Shown: positions 27,100 to 38,018 of the stretch, piece after piece | How positions within the stretch are numbered: the stretch's first letter is position 1 | Layout: every line of letters begins with the position of its first letter | From: Lama guanicoe | Taxonomy: Eukaryota | NCBI GenBank assembly: GCA_013239625.1 | Contig: MU053418.1 | Span: 248,001-312,000, forward strand | DNA: 64,000 nt | Reading direction: 5' to 3' | Translations under genes and position numbers: made by a program | Notes under the pieces: model-generated | What the model was told of the DNA's origin: nothing | The model's input: the letters and a program-made list of their open reading frames with translations, nothing else | The model's database searches: none

Positions 27100-27820
27100 C
27101 CCAAGCAGCCAGGAGCCTAGTTCCAGCTCGCCGCCGCCGCGCCGCGCCGCTCCCTCCCTCTGCGCATGTGCATCCCCGCCTTCTCCTCCCGGCTCGTCCT
27201 TCCCCGGCCTCCAGCCCCTCGTGGGAAACAATTCCTGGCTTCCAGGTCCACGCGGCAAGGGAGCTGCGGGTGAGCCCCTGAGGGAGGGGGTGAGGGCCGA
27301 GGGGGCCCCGCGCGGTTCAGGGAGCCGGCGGAGGCAGCGGTGCCAGGTGGTGGGTTGGAGCCCCGCGAGCACCAGCGGGGCCGCAGGAGTCTTCGGCGCC
27401 TGCAGAACCGAAGGGACGGCAGGCGGGGGCGTCTCTGCCTACAGGGGCCGAGGTCTCGAGCGGGAACGCGGGCTCTCGGGCTTGCTTGGCCCGCAGCATT
27501 CCAGCCCCGGAGCGGAGCGGGCGGAGCCGTCGTGTGGCCGCGGGTGGGGAGTGCGCGTGCGTGACGTGTGCGCTGGACCCACGGGGAGGGGGCAGGGGTG
27601 CGGGGAAGAGCGAGTGCGCGTGCGCGCGCTCCGCCGGGTGACGTGTGCGTGTACGCTGCTTGTGCGCTGGGCTTACGGGGAGCAGGGCGGCTGTGTGTTG
27701 GGGGGGAAACGAGTGCTCCAGGCAGGTGGTCGGAAATAAATGGGTTTCCAGGACCAGATAGCCGGCAGGAGGCTTGGTTTGCGCATCTCCAAAATGCGGA
27801 TATCGAGAATGCTTGCCGCA
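27100..27820 (+). promoter_or_regulatory. ZNF248: CpG island promoter and probable non-coding exon 1 of ZNF248
   Basis: CpG-rich; NRF1-type TCTGCGCATGTGCA at 27159-27172; candidate donor g|gtgagc at 27270. Confidence 0.85.
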
Positions 27821-28882
27821 TTGTGTTGTTTTGAGCTCTCACATTACTTAGCTGCTGTTGTGTGTGTTTGTTGCGGCTGGAGCTTGGACACGTTTCCAGG
27901 GCCTCCATTCCTCAGTTAACTCGTTTATGAAATGGAGTTGGAAGGGGCTGGACCAGCTAGCCACCAAAGCTTTCTCCTAGCTCTGACATCACCCAGCTCC
28001 CCAGTTATTATTTATTGTGTATTCATTTGTTATTTGTTATGTATAATCATGACACAGTATCCTGAAGCCATCGAAGGCTGTGTGGCGGTGGAAGGTCTGG
28101 GACAAATTTAAGAAGAGAGAGGTGAGCTGGAGCTGAGAGGGGTGGGCACTCAGGCTACACAGAAAATGTCACTTCTTTGGAGAATTTGAAGGCATGGTCC
28201 GAGTTGAAAGGCTCACTAGCCATAGCTAAGGAAAGTCTGTCATTATCCGTCCCTACACACCCCCTCCTCCCTCATTCTCCATTCACTCCTTCCTGAGGCA
28301 AGCTGCCCTCAAACAGTGTCCCATTGTTGATGGCATCAGGAGAAATGCTGAGGTTCCTGCTCTCCTGGCCATGTAGACTCCCAGGATGGTAGTGCAGGCA
28401 AGTCCTTTCTGGGTTGTTTGTGTCCTAATGAAAGATGGAAAAAAAAAAAAAAACCCCAAAACATTGATCCCGAGAAGGTGACTGGCTCAGATCGTGCAAT
28501 TTTTTAGTGCCAGAACCAAGGTTAAAAGTCAGGTCTGCAGATTTCTGGGCCACTGCAGGTTCTTTTATCACTGTTAGGCCAAAGATAGTTTTTTATTAGA
28601 AGATCCTTCTGAAGATTGTGAATAGGTTAGAACAGACTTTTTTTTTTTTTTAATCTTGCCTTAAACACCCCCATCCCTTTTTTCAGACCTTTCTTGGGTT
28701 ATCTGACCTCATAGGATTAACGGTGTTAGCAGGTAAATAGATTAAATAGATTAACAATGTGGTTGGGGTGTTTTTTTTTCCCATACAACATCAGTTTTGA
28801 CAAATCTTTAGTGTTTCCTCCTTTAGCTTACTGTTATATGTTAAACTCATCTTCTCATGTTTTTAATTTTTCTGTGTCACAG

Positions 28883-28984
28883 AACCTATATTGGTAATAA
28901 ATCAATAAGAAACAAATGTTTACATTCACTCAGTGAAAAGTATCATGTCTAAGCTCAACATAAATCGGAGCCACACATGGACAT
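28883..28984 (+). other. ZNF248: Candidate 5' UTR exon of ZNF248
   Basis: Polypyrimidine acceptor ttttctgtgtcacag| and donor |gtaagt at 28985; sequence is homologous to gene 1 region ~19700-19785 (minus). Confidence 0.5.
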
Positions 28985-29103
28985 GTAAGTATCTTTTGTG
29001 TGGAGCTGTGTAGGCAGGTGAATCCAGGAACTACAAGGCAGGCCAAGTTCTTACTTCCTTCTTCCTTCTCCCTCAGCGCTCCCTCCTCCACTAAGAGTGA
29101 AAA

Positions 29104-29118
29104 ATGAACAAATCCCAG
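29104..29118 (+). CDS. ZNF248: ZNF248 first coding exon (MNKSQ; full exon 29077-29118)
   Basis: aaaATG AAC AAA TCC CAG|gtgagt after a strong pyrimidine-rich acceptor; matches my recollection of the ZNF248 N-terminus MNKSQEQVSF. Confidence 0.92.
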
Positions 29119-29567
29119 GTGAGTTTTTTTATTTATTCCCACTTTGACTTAAAATGGATTTTCTCAAGTTTATAAAGGTTTATAAAACTTTGGGTCTGCA
29201 CATTTGTATTTGTAGCTTGAGTAGCAGGTAGTCCTAACTTTGTCTCTGCATTTCCATTTCAGCCTAATCAATGCAGTCTTGCTCCTTCACTACCAGTCAC
29301 CTGAATCAATGGTGGAAAAGGCTACCAAATTGTAGTCAAATCCAATTTTGTCTTACTTGACCCTTTTGCAGCATTTGGTACTATTATCCATAGTCTCTTT
29401 GTTTTCAAAGTCTCCTCTGTTGTCTATCTTCTATCCCTCATGAAATTGTCCTTGCCTTTTTGCCCCAGCATTGCTTATCCCTGAGTTTATTGCTTATCCA
29501 TTGCTTTGTATATCCTTAGCCCACTGCCCTTCTCAGTATACCTGTTTTTTCCTGACAGGTTTTATCT

Positions 29568-29579
<12 letters not shown>

Positions 29580-29602
<23 letters not shown>

Positions 29603-29604
29603 TA
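29580..29604. repeat. (TA)n microsatellite after a poly-A run
   Basis: Seen directly in sequence. Confidence 0.9.
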
Positions 29605-29706
29605 TTTGAATTGGTAATATATTAACATGGTAAAGTAAATGATACAATAAAAACGTAAGTAAAAATTCACACCCCCAGTCTCTCTGTATCTGATGCTTCC
29701 TCCAGG

Positions 29707-29840
29707 TAGGGTGACATTTATTTCTCATCTAAACTGTGACACTTTCACTGCGAGTGAAAGAAGTTTTAATAACAATTGTGCTGGGATGACTGCCATGTAT
29801 TGGGACAGTCCCAGACGAACTAGAATGTAGTGTCACCCTT
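29707..29840. mobile_element. MER81-like hAT-Blackjack MITE
   Basis: Terminal inverted repeats tagggtgac...gtcaccct, ~134 bp long. Confidence 0.65.
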
Positions 29841-29999
29841 TATAGGTATCCATTATTTCTAGTTTATTGTTTGTCCTCCCAGTGTTTTTTTATTCAGTTA
29901 AAAGAAAATTTGTGTGCCCTCAGCCTTTATTTAAAAGTGAATATATTACATTATGCTGTACACCAGAAGTTGACACATTATAACTGACATGCCATTTGG

Positions 30000-32068
30000 C
30001 AACATCTTATCAAGGGGTAAATGCTCTCAACATTACTTTTCACAGTTGATATGTCACCGTTGATCACCTGGCTGAGGTTGTATGGTCAGCTTTCTCCACT
30101 GTAAAATTATTCCTTTTTCCTGTTTTCATACTGTACTCTTTGGAAGAAAATGTGGAGTTCTACTACACTTCCTTCATGGTGGAGTAGCCACATAAATTAT
30201 TAGGAATTCTGCACAGGAGATTAGATTCGTGTATTCTCCTGTTCGTTAACTCAGTCAATTTTTATACCAAAATGAACTCATGACTAGTTATTTTATACTT
30301 TGTTTATAGTCCAATACTACCTTGTTCATTTTGTTGCTCAAATTGTTCCAGCTTGGTTTTTAACTAGAGTACTTTCAACTGGTTCCTGTATCCTTGTGAC
30401 CTACGCCATTACTGTGTTTTTGTTTGAGTACTTCTTCCATAATTTCTGGTACTAGAAGATATTCCAGGCTCATCTTATATATTTCCTGCCTTAGAATTAG
30501 CCATTTTTTTTCTGAAGAGCTCTGGTTCCTTTTATTGGAGAATGATGTTAGAAACCAAGATTGAGGGGCTGGATGTGCCTGTTGCTACTGGTGTGCTTAT
30601 AAACCCTCTCAGCTGACTGAACAAGGACATAATATATGTGTACTAACTCACATATATACACATAACTATAAACATTTCAGTCTGTAACCATCTCTGTCTA
30701 TATTAAGCTAAGCATTAGTTCACACTAATGACGTCTCCTGTTGTAATCATTAGCACATGGAACATTCTAGCTTTCTCCCCGTGCTTGTCTGTAACTCCCA
30801 TTCTAGCAGTCTGGCTACCACCATCCTCATTTCATTTACTTAATTGTTCAGTTCCAACATACACATACAAGTAATTTCAGAGTTGTTAACCCATGGACTC
30901 TTGGTTCCTTCTAGTTTTTGGTCATAATGAATCAAGCTGCTGGAAACATTCATAATGTAGGTTTTTTCATAGATGTAAGATTTTAAATACCTACAGTGTG
31001 AAATTGCTTGATCATGTGTTAAGACTGTGGTTAGCTTTGTAAGAAACTGCCAGTTTTACAAAAGTGCTGCATTATTTTGCTTTCCTACCAACTATGAATC
31101 AGAATTCCTGTTGTTCTGCATCTGGACCCGAAATTGATATTGTCATTGTTTGAGGTTTAACTGTTCTAATAAATGTGTCACGGTATCTCATTTTTGTTTT
31201 AATTTGCATTTCCCTAATGACAGATGATATTGAGCACCTGTCCATAAATTTATTTGCTATCCACATGTCTTTGCTTGACGTGTTTGTTCAGATGTTTTGT
31301 CTGTTTTTTCAGTTAGGTCATTTGTTTTCTTACTATTGAGTTCTCATAGTTCCTTTGTACATTTTGAATGCAATCCTTTATTAGACACATGTTGTGAATA
31401 TTTTCTCCCAGTCTATGGCTTGTCCTTTCATTGTTTAAGAAGTGTCTTTTGCAAGGCAGAAGATTTTGTTTAATGAAATCCAACTCATGTATTTTTTTTA
31501 ATGGAATGTTTTTTAATGGAATGATTTTTCTGTTGTATCTAAAAACTCATCACCAAATCCAAGATAACACAGATTTCCTATATTCTATATTTTCTTCTAG
31601 AAGTTTTGTAGCTTTGCATTTTACGTTTAGGTCTGTGACTCATTTTTAATTCATGTTTGTATAAGGTATAAAGTCTGTGTCTAGGTTCTTTTTTTTTGCA
31701 TGGATGTACACTTGTTCAAGAATCATTTGTTTAAGGACTTTTTTTTCTCCATTTAGATATTTGCCTTTGTCAAAAAATAGGTTGACTAAATAAAACAAAA
31801 ACAAACTTGTGAGTATAACAAAAAAGAAACAGACTCACAGTTAAACAAACTAGTTGTTACCAGTGGGAAGAGGGAAGGAGGGAGGGGCTAGATAGGAGTA
31901 GGGGATTGAGGTGCAAACTACTGTATATAAAATAAGTAAAAATACAAAGATATACAATACAGGAAATATAGCCTGTGTTATATAATAGCTATAAGTGGAA
32001 AATAACCTTTAAAAATTGTGACTCACTATATTGTACACCTGAAGCTTATGTATAGTACATCAACTATA

Positions 32069-32106
<38 letters not shown>

Positions 32107-34510
32107 AGTTGACTCTATTTCAGTGGATCTGTTCCTGGCCCCTCTATTCTGTTCCACTGATCTATGTGTCTCTTTTATCAATAACACACTGTCTTGGTTA
32201 CTTACAGCTTTATGTAAGTCTTGAAATCAGGTACCATAAATCCTCTTTTTCCTTCTTCCACATTTGTTGGCTATCAAGGTCTTTTACCTTTCCATATAAG
32301 CTTCAGAATCATTTTGTCAATGTCTAAAAAATAGCTGGGGTTTTTATTTGAATAGCATTGAGTTATAGTATAAGTTGGGAAGAATTGACTTCTTCCAACA
32401 GTTTTTGTTTTTCTGCATATTCCTGTAATATATTGTGTTAGATTTATACTTGAGTACTTTTTTTTTGGTGGTATTGTAAATGGGATATTTTTAATTCAAA
32501 AATTTGAACTTTCCATTGTTAATTCTGATAATGGGAAAACAGTTAACTTTTTTGTATTGACCTTGTATCCTATGTGATTGCTAAATTTGCTTATTACTTC
32601 CAGGATTTTTTTTTTCTTTTTCTTTTTGTAGATTCTTTGGGATTTTCTACATATACAATCATGTTGACTTTGAATAAAGACAGTTTTTTTCCCTAATCAT
32701 ATACTTTTTATTTCATTTTGTTTGTTTGTTTGTTTTGTCTTGTTTTAAGTCTTTCTGCACTAGCTATGATGTCCAGTACAAAGTTGAATAGGAGTATTGC
32801 AACAGGACAGCCTTGCCCTGTTCCTGCACTTAGAGGAAAGTGTCCAACCTCTTAACATTAAGTATGATGTTAGCTGTAGGGTTTTTGTAGAGGGTCTTCA
32901 TCAAGTTGAGAAAGTTCCCCTCTATTCCTAGTTTGCTGAGAGGTTTTATTATGAATGACTGTTGGATTTTGTCAAATGCTTTTTCTTCATGATATGATAC
33001 GTGCTTTTTCTTCTTTCATGTGTTGAATTATATTGATTGATTTTTTTAATGTTGACCCAGCCTTCCTGATTTTTTTTTTAATGTTGACCCAGACTTCCAT
33101 ACCTGCAATAAATTCCAGTTTGTTGTGATCCGTATTTCTTTTTATATTTTGTCAGATTTGATTTGCCGATATTTGAAGATTTTTGCATCTGTTATTGAGA
33201 GTTATTGGTCTTTATTTTTCTCATAATATCTTGATCTATTTTTGGTATTAGGGTATTGTTGGCCTCATAATGAGTTTGGAAGTGTTATTTACTGGAGCAG
33301 GTTATGGAGAATTGTTACTATCTTTTCCTTAGATGTTTAGTGGAGTTGACCAGTGACACCATCTGGGCTTGGTGCTTTTCTGTTTTGGAAGTGTTTTAAT
33401 TATGGATTCAATTTTTTTAACAGTCTCTTCAGGTTATCTGTTTCTCCTTTTGTGAATTTGGTAGTTGTGTCTTAAGGAATTTGTTGAGTTCATGTATGTT
33501 ATCAATTTTTCAGGAATAGAATTGTTTGTAGTATTTTCTTATTATTCTTTTATGTCATTAGGATTAGTAGCGTCACCTTTCATTTTTGAGATTCACAATT
33601 TGCTTCTTTATTCTTTTTTTCTTGGTTACTTTGGAGGTTTATTAATTAAAGAAGCAACTTTTTATTTCATTGACTTTTTCTATTTTTTTCATGTTTTCAG
33701 TTAAACTGATTTCTAATTTTTATTATTTCCTTTATTTTGCTTGCTTTAGGCTTAATTTCCCTTTTTTTGGTCTTGTTTACTGAGATGGAAGCTTAAGTTG
33801 TTGATTTTAAATCTTTTCTGATATATACATTTAATGCTATACGTTTCCCTCTATGCACTGCTTTCATTGCATCCCACAAATTTTGATACATGGTATTTTC
33901 ATTTTTATTCCATTTCATTTAAAATATTTTAAAATTTCATTTGAGACTTCTTCTTTGACCTCTAAGTTAATTATAACTATGTTGTTTAACTTTCACGTAT
34001 TTAGGGAGTTTTTCAGCTATCTCTTGTTTATTGATTTCTATTTAATTCCATTGTGGTCTGAGAACATGTTTTGTATGATAGCTATTGTTTTAAATTTGTC
34101 CGGATGTGTTTTGTGGCCTAGACTATCATCTGTCTTGATGAATATTCCGTGTGAGCTGGAATAGAATGGTAGAATGTGGGTTCTGTCTTTTTGGATGGAG
34201 TATTCCACAAATGTCAATTAGATCATGTTGATTGATAGCGCTGTTCAGCTCATCTGTATGCTTAACTGATTTTCTGCTTGCTTTATCTCTCAGTACTGAC
34301 AGAGGGATATTGAAGTCTTCAGCTATGATTATAGATCTGTTTATTTCTCCTTTCAGTTCTATCAGTTTTTGCTGTATGTGTTTTGATATTCTTTTGTTAG
34401 GTGCGTACATTTTAGATTGTGTCTTCTTTCTCTCATGTGATTTGAACCCATCTAATGAGTTCTTAATTTCAGATACTGTAATTTTCAACCTTAGAATGCC
34501 CATTTGATGG
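30000..34510 (-). mobile_element. Old LINE-1 fragments, antisense within ZNF248 intron
   Basis: T-rich strand with reverse-complement L1 motifs (tttgcatttccctaatgac; aagttcccctctattcctagtttgctgag); minus ORF 34126-34503 is endonuclease-like (IIIAEDFNIPLS). Confidence 0.88.
31789..32102 (+). mobile_element. L1 3' UTR fragment with (AC)n tail nested in antisense L1
   Basis: aaagaaacagactcacag...gttaccagtgggaagaggg...; flanked by imperfect TSD aaataggttgact / aatcagttgact. Confidence 0.78.
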
Positions 34511-34541
34511 ATGTATGTATGTACTTGTCTGTGTATACACG

Positions 34542-35066
34542 TGTATCAGAGACCCCCAGGACCATCACCAGGTTCAGTGATTTGCCAAGACGACTCAGCA
34601 TGTAGTTGTACTTCAGCTGTGACTTATTAAAGTGAAAGGATACAAAGCACAGTCAGCAAAGGGAAAAGGCATGTGGAGCATAGCCAGAGGAGACCAGGCA
34701 CAACTTCTAAGAGTCTCCTCCTAGTAAAGACTTAAGTCGTGTAGCAATGAAGTGTGACGACAGGTATGAAATGACTGCCAGGGAATCTCGACATACATTC
34801 AGTGTTCAGCTTCTGTCAGGGGCTAGTCACATAGATACTCTCCGCTCAGCATGTAACGAAATTCCAGACTCCAGAAGGAATGCATGTGTGCAGCATAAAC
34901 CATATTGTTTACACAAACAGGTTAAGCTCAGTGAACCATTCTTACCAAGGAATGGTGAGAATCCTCCAGAAATCCAAGCTCCCAGATGCCAGCCAAGGGA
35001 CACCCTTGTAGCAGACCTTTAAAAGAATAGCAGTCTCAGGCCTGTTCTATTAATTCTTTCTCCACA
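34542..35066. mobile_element. Solo LTR, MER21-like
   Basis: ccccaggaccatcaccaggttcagtgatttgc...aaaggatacaaagcacagtcagcaaagggaaaaggc...ccagatgccagccaaggg; tg...ca ends. Confidence 0.75.
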
Positions 35067-35797
35067 ACACACAGAACCACATATCTGTTGAACTTCTCCC
35101 ATCCTTTCATTTATTTTATTCATATTTTCCTCTTTTTATTGAACATATCAACCATAATTCATTTTGAAGTTCTTATTTATTCTAGTATCCGAATCTCCCA
35201 AGAGTCTGCTTTTATTGTCCTTTTTTTCTTGGTCTGTGTGTCTTCATATAACATGAAACTTTTTTATTGGATGCCAAGCATTGTATTTAACAACACAAAT
35301 ATTGGTAGAGGCTCCAGAAAATGATCTCTTTTAGCTGAGAGGATCCATCCTTTTTTCTCTGGTAGGCAGGTAGAATGCAGAGCTGGTCACTTTAATCAGT
35401 TGAGCTTGGTTAGGGCCTGTACCATATTAATTTCAGTTCCTCTATTCATTTTAACAGCTTCCTTCCTTCCTCAGTGTAAGTTAATGTGATAATATAAAAG
35501 ACAATATGAAAGAACTAACTTTTTCTTGGTTACCACAGTCTACTTTGTGCATACTGTTAGCTTCTACAATGTCTAATTTAATAAATGTTACTGTGTATGT
35601 CTCCTTATCAGGAATTGTATTTGTAGCAACTAGGACAGTTCCAAGCCCTTAGTGGAAACTCTGTATAAGATACTACTTTTATCGTACATACTCTAACATA
35701 AAAGAAGGCAATCCTACATATCAATTTTTAGTAAATTCTAAAGAGATTAGTTCTTTTAAATGTTTTCCACTCATATCGCTCTGACAACTTCATATAG

Positions 35798-35965
<168 letters not shown>

Positions 35966-36222
35966 TGATTACCAGTAGCATGCATTTCTTAGTTGATGAA
36001 ACATAAGAACTCCTTGTGGAATTTTCTGACTGGGACTCAAGGTTCTAAGAGGACCAGTCCCTTTGGCCGCTATAAAGAATGCTATGTCCTTCCCTCCTCC
36101 AGGATTGGCTCATTTCGGCACCTCCTTAGATAGCTCCTGAAGCTCTGCCTTTCTTCCTTGTCATTTTTTCCATCCCCAAGGCCAGGCTGTTTAGCCGTAG
36201 TCCTGTGTTGTTTTCTCTACAG

Positions 36223-36318
36223 GGAATTGCATTACTAAGCCGGAAGTGATCTTCAAGATCGAGCAAGGAGAAGAGCCCTGGATACCAGAGGAAAGATTCC
36301 CAAAACAGTGCTTCTCAG
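36223..36318 (+). CDS. ZNF248: ZNF248 KRAB-B exon
   Basis: 96 nt, ctctacag|...|gtgagt; encodes (G)NCITKPEVIFKIEQGEEPWIPEERFPKQCFS. Confidence 0.95.
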
Positions 36319-36689
36319 GTGAGTTAGTAAGTTCCCAGGCAAATGGAAGCCAGAGGAAATGAGACCTTAGGCCACTGGTTTATGGTTTATCAACTTTGAA
36401 ATATTTTTTAGAAATTTCTTTTTTTAGCCCCAGACCTTTTGAAGTGATTAAGAACAGTTGGTCCACATCCCTCTGTTACCTTAATCACATCCTTCATATG
36501 TTACTTTCATTCATAAACACTGTCATTTGTTCTTTGACATCTTAGAGTGATTTGCCTATACCCGTAATCCAAACTCAGTTGGCTTCATCTTAGGTAATTT
36601 TTCTTGGCTAGTTTAGCTTTTAAAATTGTTCACCTTCCCTCTGTTGTCTTTAGACATCTTTTATTAAATGGTACGTATCCAAGCAATAC

Positions 36690-37770
36690 TTCTGTATATT
36701 CATTTAACAGATACATGCTGAGCTCCCACCGTGACCCAGTTACATTTGTAGGTAATTAAAAGAATGTCCCTGTTATCAAAGAGTGTATATTACAGTGAGG
36801 GGCAAAAAGCATACGTGTGTGTAGGTATAGGGTTGTGTGTGTGGATATGTGTACATACATACACACACGTGGTGTCAGGCAGTGGTAAGTACTATGAAGA
36901 GTTAAAGCAGTGGAAAGGGGTTTGAAGAATGATGGAATGTGTTATTTGGTAAAGAAATCAAGGGAAAACCTTTTTGATGAGGTCCACGATAGAAATGAGT
37001 CTCTAATAAAAGTGTGAGCTGTGTGGATTCTGAGAATTCCAGGCAGGGGGATCATCAGGTGCTGAACTTCTTAGACAGGTGTGCTCTCAGAGTGTCAGAA
37101 GTATGGCAAGGCTGTCAGCATGGTGGGAGGTGAGTGGGCACGAGGGAGATTGGCAGGAGATGATGTCATAAGAAGTAGCAGGGACCGTGACAGATACGTT
37201 AATTGTATTTTGAGTGATTTGGGAAATCTTCAGGCTCTTTTGACTCAGTGTAAATCAGATTTAGCTATCAGATCTACAGTTTTGAAGGATCTCTCTGACT
37301 TCTGTGCAGTGAATATGTGGTGGGTAGGCAGTGCTTAGGCATGAGCAAGGAAAAAATATCAACAGGACACTATTGTGTACTGTGGAGGAGAGAGGACAGT
37401 GGCTAAGGCAATGTTGGAAGTGCTGAGAAATTGTAGATTTGTACATATATCTTAAGATGAGGCCAAGAGGATTTGCCGCTGGGTTGGATATAGAGAGAAA
37501 GAGAGGAGTTAAGCCTGATTCCAATGATTTGTCTCTTGCATCTGATAATTTAGGGTACCATTGACTGAGATAGAGAAAATCTGGAGGAGAGATTATAGGG
37601 GAGTTGCTACAAATTTTACATTTGGACAGAAGCTTGAGATAATTGTTGTAATCTGGGATTGAATAGGAGATTTGAAACACATCATATAAGTACATGGTTG
37701 AGGCCAGAACCAGAAGTATCCATTTGAAAGCCATCAGCTTTAGGTGGGGTTAAAGGTTGGGGCTAGATGA
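36690..37770 (-). mobile_element. LINE-2 fragments
   Basis: attcatttaacagatacatgctgagctccc and purine-rich L2-like antisense segments (aggatttgccgctgggttggata). Confidence 0.6.
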
Positions 37771-37780
37771 AGTCTTCTAG

Positions 37781-38018
37781 ATTAGAGATAGGCAAACTTT
37801 TTTGTAAAAGACCAGATAGTAAATATTTCAGGCTTAGTGGGCCACACATGGTCTTGGTCACTGCTGCTGCTCCTCCTCTTCTTACCTCTTTCTCTTCCTC
37901 CTGTGTCTTCCTCTTCACTCCTCTCTACTGCCCCTTCCATCTTTTTCCCTCTAAAAACATAAAAAGCATTCTTAGTTCTAGGACCACTGCCTTGTAGTCA
38001 CAATTTGCAGACCCCTTT
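37781..38018. mobile_element. MER58-like hAT-Charlie MITE
   Basis: ggcaaacttttttgtaaaagaccagatagtaaatattt...aatttgcagacccct. Confidence 0.75.

Noticed and set aside
27076..27908. Long overlapping ORFs (up to 263 aa) on both strands
   Set aside because: Low-complexity Arg/Pro/Gly/Ala products expected from stop-poor CpG island DNA; no recognisable domain.
33038..33098. Short local tandem duplications (also ~1970-2000, ~11213-11232, ~44045-44073)
   Set aside because: Ordinary slippage duplications, mostly within repeats, with no sign of function.
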